A stretch of 26,125 bases of DNA, taken from the IMG/VR virus record IMGVR_UViG_3300037797_000054, positions 1 to 26,125 of that record. The stretch is one strand, 5' to 3'. The notes beneath the pieces are model-generated. The model worked only from the letters and a program-made list of their open reading frames with translations. It was not told the DNA's origin and searched no databases. Position 1 is the stretch's first letter; every line of letters begins with the position of its first letter. Source of the DNA: a virus. Its lineage: Duplodnaviria; Caudoviricetes. Shown piece by piece: positions 1 through 7,216 of the stretch. The position numbers were made by a program, and so were the translations under genes.

Positions 1-63
1 CAGTGGTTCATCAACGAGATCGACAACGAGACGACCGACACCGATGAGGGGAACAAGCCATGA
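1..63 (+). CDS. 3' end of an upstream gene (partial; ...QWFINEIDNETTDTDEGNKP*)
   Basis: Frame open from base 1 with GC-rich third positions; its TGA overlaps the next ATG (ATGA at 60-63). Confidence 0.6.
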   Translation, partial: QWFINEIDNETTDTDEGNKP

Positions 64-398
64 CGAACACGAATGAGCGCCCGGACCCGCTGGCGAACCT
101 GGCGCCGGGATACGACCCGAACACCGAGCCGCCCCGCCCTGCTCCCGCATTCGCGGAAGAGCCGGTGGAGCAGGTGGACTTTTTCTTCAAGCCGTACAGC
201 GAGTTGGCCCGGTTCGGCTACGGGACGATGTGGGTGATCTGGACGGTGGTGCTGACGGCCGTTGCGGTCGGCGGGTTCGCCGTCGGGTCGCCGCTGGCTG
301 GGCTGCTGGCCGGTGGGCTGGCGTGGCTGGCCGGCGCGTACGCGCTGCGGATCTGGACCTGGCGCGCCAAGCGCCTCATCTTCTTCATCGTGATCTGA
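60..398 (+). CDS. Small membrane protein (2 predicted TM helices)
   Basis: 112 aa; SD-like GAGGGG upstream; hydrophobic segments MWVIWTVVLTAVAVGGFAV and LAGLLAGGLAWLAGAYAL. Confidence 0.8.
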   Translation: MTNTNERPDPLANLAPGYDPNTEPPRPAPAFAEEPVEQVDFFFKPYSELARFGYGTMWVIWTVVLTAVAVGGFAVGSPLAGLLAGGLAWLAGAYALRIWTWRAKRLIFFIVI

Positions 399-409
399 GG
401 GGAACCATC

Positions 410-970
410 ATGAACACCATCACCCACGGCAAGCACCGCCAGTCCATCTGGCAGAGCTTTACGCCGACCGCCACTGCGCTGTTCGCGCTCGTCCTGCTGA
501 TCGTGCTGACCGCATGCGGCGGCACCGAGCCGGAACCCGCGGCGGCCACCACCGAACCCGTGCCGGTCGAGACCACCGAACCCGAGCCAGCACCCGTCGC
601 TGCGCCTGAGCCGGCGCCTGAGCCCACCGTTGAGCCTGAGCCGACACCCGAACCTGAGCCGGAGCCGGCCGAGCCGGAGTTCACGCTGGCCCAGGAGCAG
701 GCCATCGGCAGCGCCCAGGACTACCTGGCAATCATGGCGTTCTCGAAGTCCGGCCTGGTCGAACAGCTTGAGTTCGAGGGGTTCTCCAAGAGCGACGCCG
801 AGTTCGCCGTCGAGCACATCACTGTGGACTGGAACGAGCAGGCGGTCAAGTCGGCCGAGGCTTACCTGGACATGATGCACTTCTCCCGGTCGGCTCTGAT
901 CGAACAGCTTGAGTTCGAGGGGTTCTCCACCAAGCAGGCCACCTACGCGGTGGATGAGTTGGGGCTGTGA
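410..970 (+). CDS. ltp: Ltp-family surface lipoprotein (superinfection-exclusion type), 186 aa
   Basis: ATG 410 after GAGGGG; signal peptide ending in lipobox LTA-C; Pro/Glu linker; two ~47-aa repeats (A..YL....FS...L.EQLEFEGFS...A.[FY]AV, joined by VDWNEQA) characteristic of Lipoprotein_Ltp. Confidence 0.9.
   Translation: MNTITHGKHRQSIWQSFTPTATALFALVLLIVLTACGGTEPEPAAATTEPVPVETTEPEPAPVAAPEPAPEPTVEPEPTPEPEPEPAEPEFTLAQEQAIGSAQDYLAIMAFSKSGLVEQLEFEGFSKSDAEFAVEHITVDWNEQAVKSAEAYLDMMHFSRSALIEQLEFEGFSTKQATYAVDELGL
759..929 (+). repeat. Perfect 30-nt direct repeat TCGAACAGCTTGAGTTCGAGGGGTTCTCCA (759-788, 900-929)
   Basis: Read directly; period 141 nt equals the 47-aa Ltp repeat. Confidence 0.9.
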
Positions 971-971
971 G

Positions 972-1208
972 ATGACCGACGACCGTGACCTTGTGATCCG
1001 GCTGCGGGAGTACCGGATGGATGTGGACTCCCCGGATGTGGTGTACGAAGCAGCGGATGAGATCGAGCGGCTGCGGGCGCTTCTAAGGACCGGTCGCGGG
1101 ACACGGAAGGGAAAAAACGCGACCCCGGCTCGCCCGCCGTCCGACGGGCTGCCGGGGCCACTTCCGCAAGCTATTGCCCTTGGCAATCTCAGTATAAACA
1201 GCAAATAG
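972..1208 (+). CDS. Hypothetical phage protein (MTDDRDLVIRLRE...EAADEIERLR)
   Basis: ATG 1 nt after the ltp stop; the D.V.RLR...EAADEIERLR pattern is common in small phage ORFs. The C-terminal half runs through hairpins and is less convincing. Confidence 0.65.
   Translation: MTDDRDLVIRLREYRMDVDSPDVVYEAADEIERLRALLRTGRGTRKGKNATPARPPSDGLPGPLPQAIALGNLSINSK
1112..1159 (-). terminator. Probable intrinsic terminator acting on the minus strand
   Basis: Stem CCCCGGC(1123-1129)/GCCGGGG(1151-1157) with inner GCCCG/CGGGC; A6 run at 1112-1117 gives a U-tract on the minus strand. Confidence 0.55.
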
Positions 1209-1209
1209 C

Positions 1210-1239
1210 GCCCCGCCGTCGCGTGAACGACGGCGGGGC
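1210..1239. terminator. 12-bp perfect hairpin, probable terminator
   Basis: GCCCCGCCGTCG-cgtgaa-CGACGGCGGGGC just after the stop at 1208; A-rich left flank gives a U-rich tail on the minus strand. Confidence 0.6.
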
Positions 1240-1274
1240 TGTACGGCCACACAACCTAGAGAGGATGGCCGCAG

Positions 1275-1562
1275 ATGGAGTATAGGGAGCAGTGTTCCGT
1301 TAGTTGGTGTCAGGTGGGCAGCCCGCACGGGCGCCACGAGCAGGTGCTCGTAACAGCGCACGGTGAGGTGCCGGGGTTGCGGCAGGGCCGCACCGTGCAG
1401 TTGATCGTGTTCGGGTTCGACGAGTTCGTCGCGCAGCCCGCGTTGACGATCATCAATCCGCGTACGCTGGCGCAGGAGAGCGCGGCGTTGTTCTGGGAGG
1501 ATGCGCTGCGGATGGCGTCGGAGTTGGAGTTGGCGGCGGGAAGGTTCAGGGTGGGGCGATGA
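1275..1562 (+). CDS. Hypothetical protein, DUF6907-like (C..WC...H..H)
   Basis: GAGAGGA upstream; CSVSWC...H..H putative metal motif and helical C-terminus; ATGA-coupled to the next gene. Confidence 0.65.
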   Translation: MEYREQCSVSWCQVGSPHGRHEQVLVTAHGEVPGLRQGRTVQLIVFGFDEFVAQPALTIINPRTLAQESAALFWEDALRMASELELAAGRFRVGR

Positions 1563-1765
1563 GCGACGTAGAGGTCCGGTTGACGCTGCACACGGGACAT
1601 GGCGGGCAGATCACGACGTCGCTGGACGAGTGCGAGAAGATCCTTCGCCGCTACCAGCGCGAGCAGTGGCGCGGCATCCGGCACACGCGACAGTGGAAGC
1701 GCAGCATGGAACAGGTCCAGGCCGCGTTACTGGATGAGCGGCGCAAGGAGCGGGCTGGTGACTGA
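1559..1765 (+). CDS. Hypothetical protein, 68 aa
   Basis: ATGA overlap with the upstream gene and 8-nt overlap with the downstream start. Confidence 0.65.
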   Translation: MSDVEVRLTLHTGHGGQITTSLDECEKILRRYQREQWRGIRHTRQWKRSMEQVQAALLDERRKERAGD

Positions 1766-2186
1766 CCTGGTGGAGTTCGTCGCTTGGCTGCGGGAGCAGA
1801 TCGACGAGGACGAGCGGGTGGCGCTGGCGGCTGCATGGAGTAGTCGGCGTGTTGGGGACAACCGCCCCACATGGCAGCGATCTGGCATCAACAGTGTCGA
1901 GGACGCCGGCGGCGGGTTGGTCGTCCACGGCGACGGGACGCCACCCAGCGATAGCCAGGCTGACCACATCGCCCGCCATGACCCGGCGCGGGTGCTGGCC
2001 GAGGTGGCGGCGAAGCGGGCGATCCTGGACCTGCACGAGCCGTATGAGTCGGAGCGAGTCGGTGGCCAATCGTGCTGGGCATGCAACCGAGATGGATGGC
2101 CGTGCGAGACGGTGCGCCTGCTCGCCCAGCCGTTCGCCGGGCGGCCGGGCTGGCGAGAGGAGTGGGCGACCGGCGGCGCCGCTTAG
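1758..2186 (+). CDS. DUF6221-like protein, 142 aa
   Basis: GTG 1758 after AAGGAG; motifs FVAWLREQIDEDERVA, HIARHDPARVLAEVAAKRAILDLH and TVRLLAQPFAGRPGWREEW. Confidence 0.85.
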   Translation: MTDLVEFVAWLREQIDEDERVALAAAWSSRRVGDNRPTWQRSGINSVEDAGGGLVVHGDGTPPSDSQADHIARHDPARVLAEVAAKRAILDLHEPYESERVGGQSCWACNRDGWPCETVRLLAQPFAGRPGWREEWATGGAA

Positions 2187-2242
2187 GGGGTGGCGCCGCC
2201 GGGCATGCGAAAGCGGCCCCGCTCCATGACAGGAGCGGGGCC
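2170..2242. terminator. Tandem hairpins where the two transcription arms converge
   Basis: CCGGCGGCGCC(2170-2180)/GGCGCCGCCGG(2192-2202) and GGCCCCGCTCC(2215-2225)/GGAGCGGGGCC(2232-2242), both 11-bp perfect stems. Confidence 0.75.
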
Positions 2243-2257
2243 TCGATGTCGTCGGGG

Positions 2258-2419
2258 TCACTTATCGCAGGCGGCTGGTTTGAACGCGGGGTCGTCATTG
2301 CCGTGCTGGCCGGGGGCACACTGGTTGCTGTTGCCCGGGCCGGGGGTGGCGTCGGCGATCGTGGCGCCGGAGCCGAACACGATCAGGCTGAGTGCGGCGG
2401 CGGCGAAGAGGCGCTTCAT
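2258..2419 (-). CDS. Small secreted peptide precursor, 53 aa
   Basis: Perfect SD AGGAGGTG before ATG 2419; Sec-type signal MKRLFAAAALSLIVFGSGATIADA with AxA site; predicted mature TPGPGNSNQCAPGQHGNDDPAFKPAACDK. Confidence 0.75.
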   Translation of the reverse strand: MKRLFAAAALSLIVFGSGATIADATPGPGNSNQCAPGQHGNDDPAFKPAACDK

Positions 2420-2452
2420 GGTTTCACCTCCTCTTGCCGAGAGAAGGGGTGA

Positions 2453-2510
2453 CCGCCGCCCGATGCGAGGGGATGACCGGGCGGCGGCCCGCCGCTGTGG
2501 GGGAACAGCG
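2453..2510. promoter_or_regulatory. Two hairpins between the last late gene and the peptide gene
   Basis: CCGCCGCCCG(2453-2462)/CGGGCGGCGG(2478-2487) and CGCTGT(2493-2498)/ACAGCG(2505-2510), both with G-rich loops. Confidence 0.5.
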
Positions 2511-2514
2511 ACGC

Positions 2515-2751
2515 CTAGAGGCGGACGGTGCCTTCGCGGCGGACCTGACCGTTGATCTTCACCCACACGGTGACGCTGCCCATCGCGGCCGGCGAACGGA
2601 CCTGCAGGACGCGGCGCCGCCCGTTGTACGCCTTGTACGCGGGCAGCCAGTTGGCCGGCTGCTTGTCGCCGAACCCGACGAAGCACTTGTCCACGTCGTG
2701 GCCGGTGAACGGCACGATCACCCAGCCGCCGGTCACCCTCACGGCGGCCAC
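2515..2751 (-). CDS. Hypothetical protein, 78 aa
   Basis: GTG 2751 overlaps the upstream TAG (TAGTG); beta-rich sequence VAAVRVTGGWVIVPF...VWVKINGQV. Confidence 0.65.
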   Translation of the reverse strand: MAAVRVTGGWVIVPFTGHDVDKCFVGFGDKQPANWLPAYKAYNGRRRVLQVRSPAAMGSVTVWVKINGQVRREGTVRL

Positions 2752-3095
2752 TACAACACCTCGAGCACGTCGACCGATCGGATGATGACTTCGGTGGCGG
2801 TGACGACCATCACCCAGCGCTGGTAGTCCGCGGGGCCGGTGAGGGTCAGGTCGCCGGCCGAGACGGACAGCCCGACGTCGCCGGGGCCGATGAGCGACAG
2901 TACGTCTACCTTGGTGCCTTCTTGCAGCGGCCCGGTGGTGACGAGGGTGACCTCGGTGAAGTCGCCCGGTTCGGGCACCGCGTTCGGGTCCACGTCGTGG
3001 TACACCCACACGGACACGATGTCGGTGGCGTCGCCGCGCAGGATTGTCAGCTCGTTGGCCGTGTATTCGGTCGCGGTCGAGTATTGAGTCACCAT
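2751..3095 (-). CDS. Acidic beta-rich protein, putative fibre/appendage adaptor, 114 aa
   Basis: TAATG-coupled to the 1155-aa gene; ends DYQRWVMVVTATEVIIRSVDVLEVL, like small Ig-fold adaptors. Function is inferred. Confidence 0.7.
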   Translation of the reverse strand: MVTQYSTATEYTANELTILRGDATDIVSVWVYHDVDPNAVPEPGDFTEVTLVTTGPLQEGTKVDVLSLIGPGDVGLSVSAGDLTLTGPADYQRWVMVVTATEVIIRSVDVLEVL

Positions 3096-6000
3096 TAGGT
3101 GTCCCTTTCTCTGGTGGGTCCGACGTCGATGCCGTGCCGGGTTTCGCCGATGTCCACGCCGTGCCGGGTCTGCTCGTCTACGGCCACCTGTGCCCTGCTG
3201 CGGGTCGTTCCGGCGTCGGCCTGTGCTCTGCTGCGGGTGTCCTCCGCGGTGGCCTGTGCGCGGCTTCTGGTGGCGTCCACGGTGGCGAGTTCGCGTGCCC
3301 TGGTGGCTTGGACGGCGGCAAGCTCGCGGGCGCGGGTGGGGCCGACGATGATGGTGATGTCAACTGATGGCGGGATGACTCCGCTGCCGAGCGCCGCGCC
3401 GCTGTAGGTGTAGGCGCCTGCCGCGACGCCGAACTTGGTGGCCGTGCCATCGACACCGCCCGCGTAGGTGTACGTCCCGGTGGCGGCGCCCAGCCTGGTA
3501 ACGGTTCCGGCCGCGCTCCCGGTGTAGCCGTACGTTCCAGTGGCAGTGCCGGTGACGGTGACCGAGCCTGTCGCGCTGCCCGCGTAGGTGTAGGTGCCGG
3601 CGGCCTGACCATCGACCGGGCCGGCCTCGCCCGACCCCGCCGCAGTACCTGCATAGGTGTAACTGCCGGTCGCGGAACCTTCGGCGGTGGACGGTTCAGC
3701 AGTGCCGGCCGCCGTGCCCTGATAGGTGTAGCTGCCGCTGGCCGTACCGGTGACGGTGGCGGCGCCCTCAGCGGTGCCTGTATAGCCGTAGGCACCTGCT
3801 GCGGCGCCTTCCACGCCTGCCGCCTCACCACTGCCCGCAGCGGTCCCTGCGTAGCTGTACGAGCCGCTGGCGGCCCCGGTGACGGTGACCTGACCGGCCG
3901 CCGTACCGGCGTAGCCGTAGGAACCGGACGCGTCGCCTTGGACGTCCCCGTCGCCGCCCACGCTGACCGTGAACTGGTGCGAGATGACTTCGGACTCGGT
4001 GGTTGCGCTGCTGAGCTGCCAGCCGCGCATGGTGACCACCAGTTGGGTGCCCTGGTCGTCGACCTCGATGGTGGCGTACTGCTGATGCACCGGCCCGACC
4101 GGGTCCGGCACGAACCCCTCCGAGTAGGTGCCGGTCTTGAAGCTGGTGGACGAGTCGACCGGCGCGGCGCACATCAGCGGCGGGCCGGGATCGGACGTGC
4201 CGGTGTCGTACTGGGTGTTCGCGCCGTCGTCGATGGCCAGCATGTGGGCGTCGGCGTGCAGGATCACGACCCGGCCCTTGGCGAAGTCCTCGATCTGCTC
4301 GGCGATGGCGGCCCGGTTACCGGTGAACGCGCCCCAATGGTCCGCCAGTGGGGCCGACCCTGCGATCCACGGCACCCCCACGTACAGGAAGATCAGTTCC
4401 TCGGTGGCGTTCTCCAACAGATCGAGCAGCGCGTTCTGCTGTGCGGTGCCGAGGATGTTGTTGGTGGCACGGGAGCTGCGGTGGTCCAGGATGATCCACC
4501 GGGTGCGGCCCCAGGTGAACGTGTACCCGATCGGGTCGGTGATGGCGGTGTCGACCAGCCACGCATCGGTTGGCACGGCGGTGCGGAACAACTCGACCGC
4601 AGCATCCCGCCCGGTGGCCGAGCCGTCGGACACCCCGGTGTAGTCGTGGTCATCCCATATCTGCATCACCGGCACTTGCTCGGACAGGCCAGTCAGGCGC
4701 GGGTTGTTGAACGTGTCCCGCAGCGCCAGCAGGTGAGCCGGAATGTTGTCGAGGTTGTAGTCGCGGTAGTGCCGGTCCCCGGCGAACAGGAAGAACGCCG
4801 GGTCGCGGGCCGCGATCAGGTCGTAGGCCGGCGAGTTCGACGTCTTGATCGACAGCGGGTAGGCGTTGGTGGTGACGATGTTCCCGGCGTCGCCGGACAT
4901 GGCCATGGTGAACGAGGACTCCCCGGACGGGGCGGTGCGCAGATTGCGAACCGGCCCGACGGTGGTGTCGTCGACCTGCAAGCCGTAGAAGTAGTCGGTG
5001 CCCGCGGTGAGTCCGGTCGCCTCGAACGAGACCAGCTCCAGCGAGTCAGGCGCGGCGTAGCTGGAGGTGAACACTGGGCTGGTGAGCCCGGAGTTGTCGG
5101 CCACCACGAGCCGCACCAGGGCGGCGTTGCGGGCCTGACAGGAGATCCGCGCCGTGGTGGTGCCGGCCATCACCTGAGTGGCCCACAACACCATCGGGAT
5201 CGGATCCTCGACCGGGGTCTCCACCGGGTTACCCGACCCGTCGAGCGGCCCGGCCTTCCAGTCAGTGCAGCGCACCCCGGAACCCGACGCGACGGTGTTG
5301 GCGAACAGGCCCGCCTTCGACCCACTGGTGACGGTGGAGTTGGTGGCCGAGATGACCTGCACATCGTTGACGCGGACGCTGATGGTGGTGCCGAAACAGC
5401 GCAGCTCGAACACGTCACCCGCAGCGAAGGTGTGCGACGCCGAGGTGCCGATCTGGGTTCCGAACGCACCAGCAACGACCGGGAATAGCCGCACCTGGTT
5501 GTCCGCGCGGCGCACCTGCAGGTAGTAGCAGGTCAGCGAGTCGGCCTCGCCGACCCTGGCGAACACGCCGAACCCGGTGCCCGCCGGGGATCCGACGACC
5601 GCGCCGAAGGTGGCCCGGACGTACATGTCGGTGGTGCCGAGGTCCGTTTCGCAGCGGGCGCTGCTGATGCTGCTGGAGGTGGCCGCGACCGAGTCAGTCG
5701 GGATGCCCGCGGCGGTGGTGGCCCCGGCACCCGCGTAGGCGACGCCGTCGCGGATGCGCCAGCCCGCCCTGGTCAGGTCGACGGTCTGGTTGGCGCCTTG
5801 CCGCCAGTGCCGTTCCCCGTCCAGGGCAGTCGGGTTTCCCATCGTCGAGTCGGGGTAACCGGACCAGTCCTCGGTGATGATCGGCGTACCGCCACCGCCG
5901 CCACTGGCCGAGCCGGCCGCCGTTCCCGCGTAGGCGTAGGCGCCGGCGGCGGAGCCGTTGACAGTGACCTCGCCTGCGGCCGTGCCGCTGTAGGCGTACT

Positions 6001-6559
6001 CTCCGGCCGCCTGCCCCTCGACCGGCCCTTCGACCGCGACAGTGTAGTCGCCGGTCAACTCGGCGGCGAAGACCCGCTCCTCCAGGGCGTCGCCACCCAT
6101 GTTCTTGGTGATGTTGAACCGGATTGCCGCCACCGCGCCGTCCCACACGGCCTTGTCAGGCGTCGTTTCCAGGCCGGTGAACGCAAGAGCCGCCGAGGTG
6201 GTCCCCAACGTCGTGATGTTCGACGCGATGGTTCGCAGAGCGGTAAGCGGTGTGGTCAAGTCCGACTGGTAGATCTGTACGGAGAGCGAGGTCCACACGT
6301 TGACCTGAGTACCGGATTGCCAGCCGTACCGCACCCGCACAGACAGGGCATCCATATTGCCGAAGTCGGAGGGCATGTCGCCCAGCTCGAAGAAGGCGAC
6401 ACCAACGTGGGATGTGTTCGCGGTGTCGTGGACGTCGGAGGTGTCGCTGGCCGAGGCGATGACCTGCAGGACCGGCTCACCTGTCGGCGCGTTGAGCGCC
6501 GTGTCGGTGGACGAAGCAGACACGAACGTGCCGAACGCGATGGTGCCGAGACTAGCCAT
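3095..6559 (-). CDS. Large multidomain virion-type protein: GxYxYxGxAxG repeats, beta-sandwich domains, Fn3-like + PhoD/PAP-like metallophosphatase, C-terminal TR repeats
   Basis: Motifs GLTAGTDYFY, SGDAG, GDRHYRD (~4760-4780), WDDHDY (~4640-4657), LDHRSSR, LGTAQQ, DHWGAF, HADAH (~4241-4258); no signal peptide; start ATG 6559 or GTG 6562. Confidence 0.85.
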   Translation of the reverse strand: MASLGTIAFGTFVSASSTDTALNAPTGEPVLQVIASASDTSDVHDTANTSHVGVAFFELGDMPSDFGNMDALSVRVRYGWQSGTQVNVWTSLSVQIYQSDLTTPLTALRTIASNITTLGTTSAALAFTGLETTPDKAVWDGAVAAIRFNITKNMGGDALEERVFAAELTGDYTVAVEGPVEGQAAGEYAYSGTAAGEVTVNGSAAGAYAYAGTAAGSASGGGGGTPIITEDWSGYPDSTMGNPTALDGERHWRQGANQTVDLTRAGWRIRDGVAYAGAGATTAAGIPTDSVAATSSSISSARCETDLGTTDMYVRATFGAVVGSPAGTGFGVFARVGEADSLTCYYLQVRRADNQVRLFPVVAGAFGTQIGTSASHTFAAGDVFELRCFGTTISVRVNDVQVISATNSTVTSGSKAGLFANTVASGSGVRCTDWKAGPLDGSGNPVETPVEDPIPMVLWATQVMAGTTTARISCQARNAALVRLVVADNSGLTSPVFTSSYAAPDSLELVSFEATGLTAGTDYFYGLQVDDTTVGPVRNLRTAPSGESSFTMAMSGDAGNIVTTNAYPLSIKTSNSPAYDLIAARDPAFFLFAGDRHYRDYNLDNIPAHLLALRDTFNNPRLTGLSEQVPVMQIWDDHDYTGVSDGSATGRDAAVELFRTAVPTDAWLVDTAITDPIGYTFTWGRTRWIILDHRSSRATNNILGTAQQNALLDLLENATEELIFLYVGVPWIAGSAPLADHWGAFTGNRAAIAEQIEDFAKGRVVILHADAHMLAIDDGANTQYDTGTSDPGPPLMCAAPVDSSTSFKTGTYSEGFVPDPVGPVHQQYATIEVDDQGTQLVVTMRGWQLSSATTESEVISHQFTVSVGGDGDVQGDASGSYGYAGTAAGQVTVTGAASGSYSYAGTAAGSGEAAGVEGAAAGAYGYTGTAEGAATVTGTASGSYTYQGTAAGTAEPSTAEGSATGSYTYAGTAAGSGEAGPVDGQAAGTYTYAGSATGSVTVTGTATGTYGYTGSAAGTVTRLGAATGTYTYAGGVDGTATKFGVAAGAYTYSGAALGSGVIPPSVDITIIVGPTRARELAAVQATRARELATVDATRSRAQATAEDTRSRAQADAGTTRSRAQVAVDEQTRHGVDIGETRHGIDVGPTRERDT
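3100..3350 (-). repeat. Eight 9-12-aa TR repeats (TRAREL, TRSRAQ, TRHG) at the C-terminus
   Basis: VGPTRARELAA VQATRARELAT VDATRSRAQAT AEDTRSRAQAD AGTTRSRAQVAV DEQTRHGVD IGETRHGID VGPTRERDT. Confidence 0.9.
3385..3945 (-). repeat. Nine 20-23-aa repeats (VxGxAxGxYxYxGxAxG); two more copies at ~5905-6022
   Basis: Counted in the translation, from VQGDASGSYGYAGTAAG to KFGVAAGAYTYSGAALG. Confidence 0.9.
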
Positions 6560-6821
6560 CACCGTTCACCCCACAGGTCGCGCACTCCTCGCCCGCCGCC
6601 GGCCAGTCGCCGCAGTCGGAGATACCTACACGCCGCCAGATCGGCTTCACGTGCTGCAGATAGCGGGGATCGGTGTGGACCTTCGCCCACGAGCCCAGCT
6701 CGCGGCGCAGCCCGCACGCCCAGTGACGGCCGGGCACCGTGCCGGTCTCGAGGAACCGGCAGGGCTCACCGTTGACCCAGCAGCAGTGGTCGCCGACCGT
6801 CAGGCCGGAACACAGACCCAC
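6552..6821 (-). CDS. Cys-rich putative metal-binding protein (YkgJ/CxxCxxCC-like pattern), 89 aa
   Basis: 8 Cys arranged C..HCC..PCRFL..C..CGDWP..CATC; fills the gap between flanking genes exactly. Confidence 0.7.
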   Translation of the reverse strand: MGLCSGLTVGDHCCWVNGEPCRFLETGTVPGRHWACGLRRELGSWAKVHTDPRYLQHVKPIWRRVGISDCGDWPAAGEECATCGVNGDG

Positions 6822-6826
6822 CGCAT

Positions 6827-7216
6827 CTACGCGGCGGTGGACTGGGTCAGGTCGAAGTCACCGATCGGGATGGAGAAGTTGTTCCCGGCCGTGACGGCGC
6901 CACCGGAGACCGTGCCCGAGCCGAGGAACGTGCCGCCCGTCGAAGCCGTCCACAGCGAGTAGTGCGTGTACGTCTCGGTGGTGGACACACTGGTCCACTC
7001 GACCGCGACCGTGTTGGCGATCGCGCCGGTGGTGGCCGCGCTGCCGAACGTCACCTCTTGACGGGTCGTCTCCGTCGCGGCGTTCGCCGTGCCTGCCGCG
7101 CCAGGGTCACCAGTGTGCAGCTTGGCGAACACGCTGGCGTTGCCGCCGTAGCTGGTGCCGCGGACGTGGGCGTTCAGAACTGCCGCAGCCTCAGCGGCGG
7201 ACATACCAAGTGCCAT
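6827..7216 (-). CDS. Small tail/fibre structural protein (LHTGDPG family), 129 aa
   Basis: KLHTGDPGAAGTAN...R..VTF...THYSLWTASTGGTFLGSG...F.IPIGD.DL, a pattern recurrent in phage minor tail/fibre subunits; SD GAGGA. Confidence 0.8.
   Translation of the reverse strand: MALGMSAAEAAAVLNAHVRGTSYGGNASVFAKLHTGDPGAAGTANAATETTRQEVTFGSAATTGAIANTVAVEWTSVSTTETYTHYSLWTASTGGTFLGSGTVSGGAVTAGNNFSIPIGDFDLTQSTAA

Noticed and set aside
230-409. N-terminal extension of the ltp ORF in the track
   Set aside because: Overlaps gene 60-398; ATG 410 has an SD and puts the signal peptide at the N-terminus.
218-1252. 344-aa minus-strand ORF
   Set aside because: Antisense shadow of ltp and its neighbours; no recognisable motifs.
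1090-1270. attP site or tRNA in the AT-rich hairpin region
   Set aside because: No integrase nearby, no cloverleaf or T-loop consensus, and no duplicated core within the window.
3100-3945. Repeats as a CRISPR array or a diversity-generating retroelement TR/VR pair
   Set aside because: They are degenerate, in-frame protein repeats; there are no constant repeats with unique spacers, and no cas or reverse transcriptase gene.
3960-5200. PhoD as a phosphate-starvation auxiliary metabolic gene
   Set aside because: No export signal, fused into a structural repeat protein in the late operon. A virion role fits better but is unproven.
3938-5488. 516-aa plus-strand ORF and similar long plus-strand ORFs (5798-6775, 8947-10068, 15664-16554, 23298-24188)
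   Set aside because: High-GC antisense shadows of well-supported minus-strand genes.
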